DNA of 64,000 nucleotides from Hydrurus foetidus. Its lineage: Eukaryota. The position numbers were made by a program, and so were the translations under genes. Numbering within the stretch: the first letter of the stretch is position 1; every line of letters begins with the position of its first letter. The stretch is from positions 186,001 through 250,000 of the forward strand of contig UYFQ01000056.1 in the NCBI GenBank assembly GCA_900617105.1, read 5' to 3'. This document shows positions 13,261 to 26,639 of the stretch, one piece after another. Below the pieces are notes generated by a model. The model saw only the letters and a list, made by a program, of their open reading frames with translations, was not told the origin of the DNA and made no database searches.

Positions 13261-13547
13261 CAGTGTTGCGCCCCCACAACACATGTTTCGACCGAAAAGT
13301 ACATCACGCACCTCTACTCGACCACATTTCAACCTAATATTAGAACTCCACGAAGACGACTCGGATTTCAAGACTGAGTAGCATGCTGTGACCAGAACAT
13401 CGCTATTGCTGAGGTACAAGAAGCGGCATTTGTTTTCAGATGATTCCTAATTTTTTCTGGGCAATCATAAAAACCTTCGCCAACAAATATTTCTCGAATC
13501 GTCATTTAATTACCACAACGCAACGTAATGAACCCACTGAACAGATC

Positions 13548-15102
13548 ATGACTATTTCGAAAGACTATAGACGAGCAATACTCAACTACGTGGACAGCCA
13601 CGGTCATTCTGTCCGGGTTGTGAGGGCTACCGTCGTTATTTTTGAATGCTGCGCGCGGTCAATTTGGGCCTTCATCGCTCTGCGGAAATTAACTGGAACC
13701 GTCGGTTAGATATTATTCCTCTGTAAATTCGAGGCTCTTACGTTGAAGTGTCTCATATTTTGCTATGAAATTTGTAAATAGATCCAAGAAGGGTGCGTCA
13801 CGGTGCCAAAAATTGGGTTGGTATACCCACACTGGAGCTTGACATACTGTTAGAGCAAATCATAGTAGACCCGACGCTTTTTCTTTCGGAAATGGCCAGT
13901 TACCTGCAAGGACTTGGGTACAAGTTGCACGCTACTGGCCAGATCTGGCAGGCCTTGAAGAGCAGAGGCATTACAAGAAAGGTTCTTGAAGTCCATGCCA
14001 AGGAGCAGGATGAAATAAGAAGGCAAAACTTTCTGAAGATGACAAGTGTATTTACTGCTGAACAACGGTTCTATGTGGATGAGAGGTACAAGTGTAATTA
14101 CAATTTCAATTTAGAAGCCTTTGATTTCACTACGATTTCTTTGAGGATACAGTTGCTTCGTAACAGCTCCATTTCTATGTTACCTATTTATCTCGCTACT
14201 TCTTTTCTGTCACAAGATATCTCCATTGTCTTACCATTGTCCCTTTTAGATCTTTTGTCTTCTTCATATTACTTCTTCCTGCTGTGCCTCAACCTTAACA
14301 ACTTACAAATACTATCAAATACTAAATTAGCATCTGATTTTAGACTGTAGCATCTGTTAGGGGGTTCATTAATTAAATTTTTCAGTCATATCAGAGAAAA
14401 GGCTGCTCGACGCTCGACGCCGCTATGGGAGATCATCTAAAAATGTGCGAGCATTTGTATACAAGAATACTAGGCTGGGACACAGAGGTATGATGTAATG
14501 TGTTCTATGTATTACTATATACACACACATATATACACACACACATATATATACATATATTTATATACATACATGCACACACACATACACACACACATAT
14601 GTATAATATGAAAATAAATTTTGACATAGCTTCACGTGCTTATATAGGAGGATGCTCGGCTATCGCAGCGCTATCGGCGAAAGGTGTCGAGGTGGTCTAA
14701 ATGCACGAAGACACTGTAGATTCTGATACCTACTTACGCGTACTTGAATTTGAAATGTTGCCATTGATGAATGCATTTCCATCAGAGAAGAGTGTGTTGA
14801 TAAGTAATAACGCACCTGTCCACAATAAAGCAGCCATAATTACTCTCTGTCAGAGTGTTGGTGTCCTCGCCATATTCCTTGAACCTTATAGCTATGATTA
14901 CAATCCGATAGAACTTGTATTCCATAGCGCTAAAGATTCTCTTCGTCACAACTGGCCTACGGATGATCACAATTTCCCCGTGTCTAAAAACTTTGCGCAT
15001 GCTCTATTCAATTGCATCAATGGTGATACAGCCTGCAATTTTTTTGTGCATTGTCATGTAAATGTCACAGAAGAGGAAAGAGATCGCGAGAATGATCGTT
15101 AA
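13548..15102 (+). pseudogene. Intron-containing Tc1/IS630-like (DDE_3) transposase, degraded
   Basis: FYVDE, ISNNAPVH (second Asp lost), PYSYDYNPIELVF; N-terminal HTH-like exon; GT-AG breaks near 13705, 14086, 14488. Confidence 0.75.
14518..14602. repeat. (AC/AT)n microsatellite inside an intron
   Basis: acacacacatatatacacac... seen directly. Confidence 0.9.
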
Positions 15103-15199
15103 AATACATAATTGAATAATATTTAAATCGTTTTTTTCCGCCGAAGGTTACTTTCTTATTGAAATTATGAATGCAGAACAACTCATTTGTATAGACATT

Positions 15200-17250
15200 A
15201 TCTTGACAGATACACGCTAACTAATCACAACTACGCTCATGTTTAGCTTTTGCAGGGATTTCACGAATCGAATGAAGTGAGTGTTCAGAGACAGATTCTT
15301 GCGATAAATCAAATTCTGAATCATTAATTTTTATGTAATCAATGTATGAATGATTATTTTTACGCAGACTTCTAACACCGTCATTGATATCTCTGATTTG
15401 AGATTCAAGATTATTTTCTGTAACAGGTTATGCAAATAGCAGTGAACACAAAATATCATATGAAGGCTTATCAGGCATAGAGAGTTGATCTATCAAGAAT
15501 CGGAATGAAGTTTTTTTTTTTTATAGATTCTGCATTTACTATAATTTGCATTATTTTTTTGAAGATATTTTTTAATTTTTTCATAATAGTTCTGACACAC
15601 TCAATAATGAGCAAACTGTGTGTTATTGATGGAAAATCTTTGGTTAGTAGAGACATGTTGCTTTCATTTATACGTTGTACACTGCGGTTTTCAGTACTAT
15701 TTTTATTGATTTCGGTGTTAATAAGATTAGGAATAATACTTGCACTTTCTGCAATCTCTTTTGCCGCTTTTGAATCTGCTAAAGATTCTTCTCTTCTTAT
15801 GTGACGAAAGTAGAGGGCATTATCTACGGCATACATCTTGGACTCCCAAACAGTTATAGGTGGGAAGTCAATTCCAATATCGTACGTGTCAATTTCTATC
15901 CGATCAGTTCCATCCCACTTCCAAGGATTATCCTCCATTGCAACATCACCAACTTTTAATCCGACAAATAAGTCAGTAACTTTTCTTACAAATTGAAGTG
16001 GGTCATTAAGTGCGTAAAAATTGTGCACAGAGTCTCGGAAACTAAGATTAATACGAGGTAAAAATTATTCTTATTTTTAGTTATTGAATTGTTAAGCAAA
16101 TTTAATTCAGTATTGATTACCTGAAGTAATCCTGGAATTGGTCAGAAAAAACGACCTCATGAATCAATTTTTTCATCTTGGACTTCATTGTTATGAATTG
16201 TAATGCGCCATCAACAACTGTTTGATCAAGATTTTGGTGGAATTCTCTTCTTGCATTGACTGGAATTTCTGCTGCACCCCTACCATAATTCGAATTGCTT
16301 ATTACAATTACCTACAAAAGTTCAGATTTTGATTAGTACGGTGAAAGATTTGATTTAATTCGATCAAATAAAATATCTTTTTAATCTTACTTTTGACGAG
16401 GGATTCTCAATCAGAAGAAATTGCTTATGTGCCTCTGTGAATGCCAGATTCGATGATTTTATTCCTCCATTTAGCATTGGCAAAATGAACCCGGACGCCC
16501 CGAAAATGTCTGAGTATGAGATCCTGCTATCTCTCAGATATTCAATACATTTCTTCTGTTGACTAATTTTACTATTTGTTGTCATATTAGTGGCGCTAGT
16601 TATAAATCTTAGAAAAAAGGAGGTCCAAGTACGGGTTCTCTACCCCTACCCTGAAGGAATTTGGTGGCAATAAGAGGTACTTTCGTATCAATTGTTGGAA
16701 CTATATGTATCGTTGTGTTAACATCATCTTTCACTGTATATAAATCCTGCTAGTAAATTAACCTGTCGTATAATATTCATAACAAAAATCAGTCTGTGAA
16801 TATTTTGAATGAAATGAATGTAATCAAATAAATTTATGCAGATGAATTTAACCAAATGTTGCACTTACATCCCAAAATCCTGTTCCAGACAGAGATTTGC
16901 CCTCAATTTCTAAGTGATTCCTTTTCATACTTCTTACAATCATTGATAATAGATATCTGGCCTCAACCCAAAAGGGTTCATTCTTATTTTCTAGAATATT
17001 ACTGGACTGCTTAATATTCACTTCACAATGTGGTTCCACACTAATTTTAACAATTGGATCACGTACTAATGCTAATACATTTTTTTCTCTTATCGGTTTG
17101 AAGTGATTTGATTAGGCAGTTAATGGAGGGTACGCTGAAATCCGGCAAATCGTAAACTTTCTTTATCTTCTTGGGGGATTGGAAATTGTCCTCATTGGAC
17201 TGAGGTAAATCGAAACTTTCTTCTTTCTCCTTTCGTGATTTCCTACGAAA
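15200..17250 (-). CDS. Multi-exon gene of unknown function, possibly degraded; boundaries approximate
   Basis: Open segments 15471-16028, 16122-16311, 16364-16585, 16848-17039 separated by short AT-rich GT-AG stretches. Confidence 0.4.
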
Positions 17251-17388
17251 AATAATTGAAGATTTTGCTTAATTGTTAGGAATATTATCAATTTATTCAT
17301 CATAATATTGTTATCATGCATATGGCATACTAAAATTTTTTCTTAACTCACATTAAACAATAATTTTTTTTCTGAGAAAACGATGGAA

Positions 17389-17753
17389 TGTAGCGGAATG
17401 GTAGAATAGGATGTTCGTACAACGCAGGATGCCACATTGGTCTCACTTCTTTCTTTCTCAAGTAGAGTGGCCATGGGCTCATTCGCCTTCGGTTCGTATG
17501 TAGTTGAAGAGTCGAACTCGTGACCCGACAATGCTCATTGCAACCACGGGTCACGAGTTCGACTCTTCAACTACATACGAACCGAAGGCGAATGAGCTCA
17601 TGGCCACTCTACTTGAGAAAGAAAGAAGTGAGACCAATGTGGCATCCTGCCTTGTACGAACATCCTATTCTACCATTCCGCTACAAAAGGGAGGGCCCCC
17701 GCTTTTGTAGCGGAATGGTAGAACAGGATGTTCGTACAAGGCAGGATGCCACA
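17389..17753. repeat. Compound fold-back (two overlapping long inverted repeats)
   Basis: Arms 17389-17527 and 17547-17685 (19-nt spacer); second palindrome 17638-17753. Confidence 0.95.
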
Positions 17754-17901
17754 GGAATTCTTTTTGAATTGTCAAATGTACCGAATTCAGAGTCCGAGTC
17801 TTCATTGCTGTTAGTTCAAACAAAAAGAATAATTGTTTAAATTGTCGATGATATCATAATCAATATCGCATTATTCGTTCTTTCCCAGCATTCAGAGTCG
17901 T

Positions 17902-19500
17902 TCAATTAAAACTAAAGAGAAATTCTCGAACCCCATCTAATGGACAACTCTTAAGCAGATGGTCCATGTGTCCACACGAGTTACACTGCGGGAATGGTGT
18001 TGTTGACAGTGCCAGCGGTGGTAATGCTGGGAGTGCCGCACCAACCAACAGGGTTTTGGAGTTAGTCGTGAGAGATAACCCATATGGATTTTGTCTCGCG
18101 GGGTGACAATAAATGTTGTTGGGGTCCCCAAAAGCCGCTACGTGTAATTGTAGCTGTCGAACCGCATTGACTTGGGAGAAAAAACAACGCATCGCGAATT
18201 CCCAATCGTCCACGTCATGTGGGTTGACGCGCTTCTGCTCTTTGTATTTGGCGGTGATGGCACCGTTAAGGGGCATCTTTTTCTCTAAAATAAGAGTAAG
18301 TGCGGCATGGTCGGAAGTGCTGAGTGTGCCATGTACTTGTACATGATTCTCAACCACCTCACGAAACTGCGTCATGCAGCGCATCTCAATCTCCCGTTTG
18401 TTGTAACAGAAGGCGAGGTGTACTTCGGAGAAATGCTCCGCCAGTGACTGCCCGAGTTGCGTGTCCGCGCGAAAGTAGCGCAGGACTAAGTGCGCTACTT
18501 GAGGGACCGTCAAGGTTTGGAGCCACACTTTACGTGTCTCCTCGGAGTATGGATAATCCTGATCCGTATGGATCTGATCATCAATGCATCTGACTGCTTT
18601 AGTCGAGATGACTTGACCAACATCGTAGTTGTTGGTCCACCGCTGGGAGTGCTCATAAAACTCCCGCGCTGCATCCTGTCCAATAATGCCGGACGCATCC
18701 ACGTTGAGAACGTAAAGTACCGTTTGCAGTGCAATAGCGGATATAGGTCGGGAACCATCATCCACAGCACATCCACCCACTACAAGCGCTGTAGGGGTCG
18801 CACTGGGTGTGGCAAACTGTACCGCGGGTACGTTGATCGGTGACGCACGATCATGTATAAACCGTGGTATCGGCGGTCGTACTGGGTACGCTGCATAGGG
18901 GTCGAGACCGCTCCTTGCAGCTTGCGCACGGAACGCTGCTGTTTGCAGCTCGTAATCGATGATGCGATCCGTTGCGGGTAGCACCACGATGTCTGGGGGG
19001 TCCAGGGGGAGTGGGGTAGGAACCCGAATTTCCCGTGGAATCTCCTGGGTGACTCGTTGGGGTTGGGGGTTATAATCGGTGTCACCAGTAAACGTACGTA
19101 TGTACGTATGTAGGGCGTTCCGGTGACCCTGGTGGGGAGGCTTGTCGCTTGCGTGTCGTTGGACCCTCTTGAGGAGGTGACGCGCGTTTGCGAGGAGCGT
19201 CCGCTGTGCGAGTTACTGTCCCCACATCTTCGGGGATGCGTGTATCGCGGCTCTCGAGCAATCTAGAGTTGTCGGTCACGCGTACGTACGTACATGGAGT
19301 CGTACGTTCGTCCTCATATAGGTTTTCGTTGTACTGACGACTGTCGGTATTCCGATTAGGGTTTTGTCCAGATCCTCTCTTTTTTCGGCTCTTTTGGCAA
19401 ACGCTGAAAAAGGCATTTTTGGCACAATTGGCAACGAACTGGAACCATGATTCCAGACTTAGGTCCAAGATCCAACGGTCAGAAATTTCTCAGAACTCTC
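17902..19500 (-). pseudogene. gag: Gypsy gag-like ORF with CCHC zinc knuckle; no pol adjacent
   Basis: CNSCGHMDHLLKSC (CX2CX4HX4C) at the end of ORF 17902-18987; low-complexity N-terminal extension in other frames. Confidence 0.7.
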
Positions 19501-20387
19501 CCCGCACCATGCACTGTACTCTGTACTCAGTTGCTTTCACCACTTTCTCTCGACAGGAAACACTATCACAACAATTTTCACAGTAGAAATTTCTTCCTTC
19601 TCTTTGAAACTTGGTGAGACCTCTGAACACAACGTCTGAAAACTACCACTGCGATGGGAGCTTGTAAAGATTCGTCCGTCGAAAACGCAACCCACAATCT
19701 TTGGAAACGTCTTCAACGAATTCGCCATGCCGGTCCAAGTCAGTCAGTGAGATCAGAGACCTCTCTATCGGTGAATGCCACTCAAGACATTTGGACAGCG
19801 CCATTATCCTTGATACCTACGCGAACTAATCTAATTTAAATTTGGCTGCCGACTAGGATTCGGGGGAAACCCTTGCAAAAAAAAATTCGTGGAGATCTGG
19901 TCACCATCCATCATTGCTGAATCGATGAGTCGCTGCTATACCTCGGAGCCAAGTGTCTGAGTCACACGTGTCTCAGAACAGCTTTCGCCATTCCTCGACT
20001 CGTACTCTAATCCATGATAACTTGACTCCCGGAAGGATCGCTGTAAAATTATTTTTCTCAGTGACATATTCACTTCCTATTGAGGTCATGTGTATGGGCA
20101 GCTGAAATAACTTCTTTACTCACTATCCTCAATCATATTGGTATCTAATCCCAACCTTTAGACTTTGTCTAATTAGATTTGATGACGTCGTGCGATACAA
20201 ACTACTGTTTAATTAATTTATCTTTTACTATCGCATACTTCGATCTCAAAGCTGCAAGGGCCCGACGGTGACAGGATATTTAGATGTGAATGTAATAAGT
20301 TATGCACTGCCAACGCAAATTGCATTTAGTCTAAAATTGTTTCAAAGTTATCTATCTAAGAAAGTATTATATGGCGTGATACATCAT

Positions 20388-23079
20388 CTAACGTTCGATT
20401 CCTCTATTGTAACGTAACATAAGCGATGCTTTGATTTTATCTTGTAGTGAAGCTATCTGTTGGTCGCCCATAATGTACTTGAGGATTGAGAATGCACGCT
20501 CCACGCAGGCAGAGCTTGGCTGCAACAAGAATACAATGTGCGCAAATTCTGTCCAACCAGGCAATAACTTGTGTTGGGACCAGAACTCTTCTACTTTCTT
20601 CAGGCGAACTTCATACGTATCATTCATCCACCGGATTGTGCTGCACGCTCTGTCGTATTCTGAAAGCTCTCCGACCATTCTATCAAGAAGAGCTGTCGTC
20701 ACAAGCCTGCCGAGCAAGGGTTCAACAGATGCGCGAAGTTTGCGAGGTGTTATTGTTTTACGTTTCATGTTTAAAGGATCTGCAACACTTGCCGCTTTCC
20801 ATAAAGAAGTGCAATTATGAGCCATGACCATCTCATCGTAGTATTTCATGAATGGTGCGCTTAACTGGTGACAATATCCCTTCCACGCCTCAGTCAGATC
20901 CCACGCGATCTCATTGTCAGCATTAAGTGGTACCTCACTTGGTTGAACAATGGGTGGCAATGGCACCTATGGCTCGATGTCAGGAGGTGAAGCTGGTTCA
21001 GGTAATACAGCGTCGTGTACTCCCTCAATACCTACAACAGCGGGGGCTTGCAAACCAGGCGGGGCGTAGTTGAGATCCACTGCCTGCTTTATGTAGCGTC
21101 TCACATTTGGATAATCAAAGTCCTCATATGTTGTTTCGTAGTATCGTTTTGTTGCATCGAGAATTTCAGTAAGCATTACTGCTACCGGTCCGTCGCCCTC
21201 CAGTAAGTATGTCGCCTCGCGAACCTTCTTGGTAATGTCAACAACCACTGCTATCTCAATGTATGCTGTGATGAGGAACTTTTCATCATAACCAGCTGTA
21301 CCAGGGACAAATGTCTCTTCAAGTTTCTTCATATGAGCACCGACACTTTTCTTTCCTGCTCGCAATTTGGCAATTCTCTTCGCTATCCAATCGTCAAACA
21401 ACAGAGAGTTCTCGTTTTGGTCTGATTCCTGATGTCTTAAATATGGCATTAGATATTCCCAAAATTCTTCTCTACTCCACCAGCGAGTTTGAGAGACAGA
21501 TGGCATTGCCTTGTTCGAAGCCGCCTTCCATGAAAGATTGGCAGTGTCGCCAGGACCACTGAAAAGACCGTTAATTTGGTTGTATATGAGTTTCGCATTT
21601 GGCCCTTCAATGCGATTGAATTTCTTTCCTCCAACAGTGTAGTCAGCACCACAGTTATCAAGAGTATGACTCATGCATTTGATGTTGACTGCGTTCTTGA
21701 AGTAAGCCCGTAATTCGATGATCTGGTTGGTGTTTGGATCTGTGACTGTACCGCCCACTAACTTTGTCATACATAGCTGGTTCAAATATACTCCGTCTCG
21801 TGTGAACACTTTAATGAAAGATCGCGGAACTTGTAAAGTTTCTTCTATAGCGAAGATAATGTGATCTGACATTTGATTTGTTAGTTTCTCTTCAGGGGAT
21901 TCATCGTAGATTCCTAGTTTCATCACTCGCTGCTGCATTTTCCCCTGATCATCTACGAAACCAACAATGACGCACAGAACAACATTCCGAATAGTAGTCT
22001 CGTCAAATGAAATTCTCAGAGGCCTTCCATTCACTTCGTTACGAAGAAGCGACAGCTCCTCATCCTACGATAACAATAGACAATGGGTTAAGATGTTTAA
22101 GATCACTGAACATTACTGGATCGGTTTAAGCCATGAAAAGTGCGTCATGTCATTCAAGTATTTTCACCTTAATAATTGGTAAATAGTCTCTCAGTAAATT
22201 AGAGGAGTGAGTCAACTCTATCTTCAGCCATTTCTGAATTAATGGACGCAACTCATCAGCCTTATAGACGGGAATTGCAGCCGTGAGAAGATTTCGCGTT
22301 AGCTCACATCTGAACAAATGCGTCCTTCCAGGAACGAGATTTGTCAAAGTAGTAGATATCGTTATGGCATTTTCCAATCTAGTTTGGTGGAGATGCTCCT
22401 CCATAGCTATTGCTGCTGCAGCCCAATGCTTGTCACTTCTGGTATGACCTTCGACGTTATCATCTCGAACGTAACATGGACAAGCTGAACAGAAAATCCT
22501 TCTCTCAGCGAGGTCATAAGTAACCAGAATTAGGTCTTCATTGCGCAAATACTTCTTTTGCAAGTACGTGAAATGTGACTGAGTGCATACCCGAATGTCT
22601 TTAGCCTTGTTTTGAGATCCGAATTTGCTTTTTCTGTCCCGATGAAGGTTTGACTCCCTACTTATACTGTTGGCCTTCGCTTCATTCTTCCTCCGCTCAT
22701 CTAAGGCTTCGACATCTATGACATCTTTAGTATAGTAAGCAAACATGCTGTTCTTGGGTTTCACGGCATTATTCTCTTGCGCTGAGCTTGAGGAAGTCAG
22801 TGAACTTCAGGAAGCTGAGGAACTTGAGGAGCTGAGCGAAGTTGAGGAAGCCTCAGAACTCGAGGAGATGAGCAAACTTGAGGAAGCCGCAGAACTTGAA
22901 GTGCTCAAGGTTATTGACGACCAAGAATCTCTTTGATAATCGAGTTCATCCAATTCTCTCTGTAACCGCATTCTTTTCTGAGCTATCGCAGAGGTCTCTT
23001 CTGTCTGCCGTTTCTTTTCAAGCAAATCGCTCCTCCTTTTCATTTCCATAGATAGCTCCTCATCAGTCAACGCGTCCAT
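20388..23079 (-). pseudogene. hAT-superfamily transposase with one intron (~22065-22167), an in-frame stop (20967) and an N-terminal frameshift
   Basis: CSAC..H....H zinc finger, SFDET, CMSHTLD, TRWWS, PSSACVERAFS dimerisation motif; possible TAGGGT end at 23166. Confidence 0.85.
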
Positions 23080-24685
23080 TTTGTTATTGCCGCGATATAG
23101 CTTTGGGGATTAAGTGATGAAAGAATTGTGACTAGAATGAGGTTGCAGATACGCAACGTCACCCTAAAAAAAATTGAGATCCTGTAACTTTGATGAATCT
23201 TCACCCTTCGTTCTTCCTTACGTCGTGTAAGAGTGTTTTTGAACTTGTAATGACGACAGCAATCATTTCCCGTAACTAAAATTCAAATCTGGAAGTTTCT
23301 ACAGCTTTTGGCAATTTGGCCGTAAAATTTTCGCCTAAAGTGACCCCTATTTGGCAGGGGGGAGCTGGACAAAGCCCTAATTCCGATTGCCCCTGTTCGA
23401 GGTATCTTGCTGGCGACGATTGTCCCCCTGATGAGACTCCCTTGGGGGACTGTCGTTGTAACCCTGTGGGGGTTCTCGATGACTTCTCCTGCTGGAGTTG
23501 GTATCTCCTTGATGGAAATTGTCGTTGTTGTCGTCGAGAAAATTATCAAAATTACGAGTATTCGTCGAATAATTCCCCCTGTTGGGGTTGTCATTACGAC
23601 GAGAATCTTCGTAATTACGATTATCCCTTTGGGGGTTATCGTTGAGACGTTGGAAGGTGTCTCGGCGATTATCCCTGTTAGGGTTGTCGTCTTGTTGACG
23701 ATTGTCGTTATCGCGACGTCCGTCAGTCTGACGTGGATTGTCGTCGTTGTGACGATTGTCGCTGTTGCGTCGATCGTCGTATTGACATCTGTCATCGTCA
23801 TTGAATTGGGTGCTGTACCCGCGACGTCCCTCGTTGTCGTAATCATGACTGTCGTCATTCTGACGGTAATTGTCATTTTAACGACGATTATCGCTCTGAC
23901 GTTGATTGTCGTTGCGGCGATCATCGTTACACTGACGTCCATCGTTATCGTGACGATTGTCGTTACGGTGCTCCGTCCCGTATGAAGGGCCCGTACTACG
24001 GTTGTCCCTGGGAGGGTTGGAGTCATCGTAGTTACAACGATTATCGTTGTGACTTTGATTGTCATCATTAAAACGCCGATAATCGTTGTTGTTTCGATTA
24101 TCGGCGTTGTGTTGACGCTGGTTATAATCGTTGCGTTGACGGTTATCATAACGATTATCGTCACCACCGTCGTCGCTACCACTCTGTTGATTTGGAGTTG
24201 GCGGATAATCGCCTGTTGCATCTCCGTCGAAGGGGTTATTCCGACAAGTTGTGTTGTCATAACTGTCCAGACCCTGACGACGTAGATATCATTGCGGGGG
24301 TGAATCTATACGGCGGCGAGGGTTTGTATCGCCGTCGTCATCATCCCGTTCAGTGTCGCTGCTATGGCGTGTCTGTTGACGGTTTGCGTCTGACGAACGC
24401 AACGTGACATTGTTCTGTTGTCGCGTTGTGTGAACGTCGTCGTCGTCGTCGTTATGACGATTAGGCGGCGCCTGATTGGAACTGTTGGTAGGTCCCAGTA
24501 TTGTTACTGGGAATACCGGTCGGTCAGTTCCATCAGACGCAGCTACTGCTGTCGGCGCTGTTGATGTCGACTGAGTTATTGTAACTGTCGTCGCTGCCGG
24601 TACTGCTTGAGCAGTGAATTCGGCGAGCGACGGCGAGATCTCCGAAGAGTCATCGGATAACGGCATCGTTAGATGACTTATGTCT

Positions 24686-25129
24686 TAGGGTCTGACACAA
24701 CCGCCCCTAGAAATCCTCAATCCGGCTTTTTTTCCGCCCCTGAAACCGCCCCAGCTATATCTCCACGACCATGACGAATTTTCAACTTTTTAATGCAGAT
24801 TCTTGTTCCTCTACTTAGGTCCTACTCAAATATAGCTCTAATTCATCCAAAACGCGAAAGAAAAAATTCGACAAAAAATAATTTTTAGGCTCCTCACCCC
24901 AGGTTCGAAACACCCCACGTATTGGTATGAACGGTACAACGTAAGTTATGAACACTTTTTAAGACGGTTTTGGATAGGAAATTAGCAGAGCCGGAGGATG
25001 GCACATTTACTTTTTTAGAATAACTTTTTATTCATGACAAAAAGTAAGAAAGACGGGAAAAGACGGACTGCTTTTTCAGATGAGTGTAAACCGCCCCAAT
25101 GACGGGAAGGGCGGTTGTGTCAGACCCTA
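24686..25129. mobile_element. hAT-type MITE (444 bp)
   Basis: 21-bp TIR tagggtctgacacaaccgccc; exact 8-bp TSD TTATGTCT (24678-24685, 25130-25137). Confidence 0.95.
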
Positions 25130-25316
25130 TTATGTCTTGACAATTTTAAGTAGCGAGAGTCGCCAAAAAGATTTTGCAAGGGCTTCGCCTCGTGCCGTTT
25201 GGATGAAAATCAAACAGTCGATTAGGCGAAGCGAAATAAGTCAAGCAGGTTCTGGACGGGAATGAATCAATCCGTACAAAATGAGCCGGGATTAGGAGAC
25301 TTGCTCGACCAACCAC

Positions 25317-25673
25317 GAGAACGGCGTGGAAGACGAAGCTATCCACGGAGATCAATCAAGCCACGCTTGAAGCGAGATATGAGCAGAAGTTAACTGGGTT
25401 AACTCTGCACGATGATATGGGATTGCAGAGATGAAACTCGAGCGACCACAAGACAGTCAAGTATCGGGAGATAAATCTCAATCCGAGTGACTAAGAGAAC
25501 GGCGTGGAAGACGAAGCTATCCACGGACGTCAAGCAAGCAAAACTAGAAGCAAGAGATAGGCAGAAGTTAACTGGGTTAACTCTGCACGATGATATGGGA
25601 TTGCAGAGATGAAACTCGAGCAACCACAAGACAGTCAAGTATCGAGAGATAAATCTCAATCCGAGTGACTAAG
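25317..25673. repeat. ~178-bp tandem duplication in the retroelement leader
   Basis: gagaacggcgtggaagacgaagctatccacgga at 25317 and 25495; both units end aatccgagtgactaag. Confidence 0.9.
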
Positions 25674-26639
25674 TTTACGGCAACCAGACTTCGGAGACTT
25701 GCTCGCGACAGTAAGAATTGCCCGTAAACGAGAATTTCGAATAGAATTCGAGATTCTCCACGCAGGTAATAGAGAGAGTTAGGGCAGCAGGGTAGCGTAG
25801 AAGAGGGTAGCTTAGAGTAGGGGAATAGGGTCTAAAGAAGAGAAACTACAGGAAGTAGATCTACTGTGACCTTTGAGGGCTAGAGAGAAGGGAAGTCTAA
25901 AGGCTAAAAGGAGCTTGTTAGTTAGGGATGCAAACAGGAGGTACGCTAGTAACTTCTGCAAAGCAGCACAAACTAGCTAGTGACTGATAGTCGTGGCTGT
26001 GAACACGAAGGTACTAAGGTGGAAACAGCATCTAATCGGCTGAATGGGGTAGCAGACCCTCAGGGAGCCACACTCCTAAATATTTTTTAACCTCAATTAA
26101 TTGATTTTTATTTACGGAGGTTAGTCAGTATAAATCTGACATAATCATTCACGAGTACACACACTCGACACACTACCCCCCTTTTTTTTCTTTTCACATA
26201 TTGCATTGTGTTCTATACATATTTTTGAAAAAAATAAAAAAATGTCATCTAATTTTTTGAAATGTTTTCCTTCATTACGAAGCGCTAGTTTAGTTACTTT
26301 TCCTTCTGAACCGTTAGTTTAGTTCATAAAAATCAGTTCTAAAAAAAGCGATTTTCACTCTTCCTTAAGAAGCGTTAGTTTACTTGCCCTTCCTAAAAGC
26401 GCTCTAGCCTTAACCCTAACCCTCTAGCCTAGTTCCTTCAGGGCCACACCTGTAAGTCTTTATTGACTAGAGGTACTTGGACCGCGGTGGGCAGGTTTAT
26501 GTCCGGCAGACTATTCGTGGTTAATACCATCGAATTATCTATACGGGTCTACGGATCAGTATGATTTTCATGACCGAAATATTCGGGCATAATTTTTACT
26601 AAGTTAAGATTTTTTACTAAGTTAGGTATTTATCCCTAT

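Larger units (their letters stand above)
23283..26072 (-). mobile_element. Gypsy-like element, 5' part: 5' LTR 25865-26072, leader, Asn/Asp/Arg-rich gag-like start
   Basis: TG...CA LTR with ctagctag/tagaagtt motifs shared with other LTRs here; low-complexity coding region 23283-24666. Confidence 0.65.

Noticed and set aside
17389..17570. tRNA gene within the fold-back
   Set aside because: A- and B-box-like words are present, but no acceptor or D stem can be formed
19496..19512. TGGTGCGGGGAGAG on the minus strand upstream of the gag at 17902-19500, a possible canonical tRNA PBS
   Set aside because: No recognisable LTR beside it and the tRNA match cannot be checked; left uncalled, though it would be a useful contrast to the palindromic sites
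23407..24285. Val/Ile-rich and Thr/Ile-rich ORFs resembling membrane proteins or mucins
   Set aside because: Shadow frames of a low-complexity gag-like region
26408..26423. ttaaccctaaccct telomere-like motif
   Set aside because: Only two units, inside TE debris
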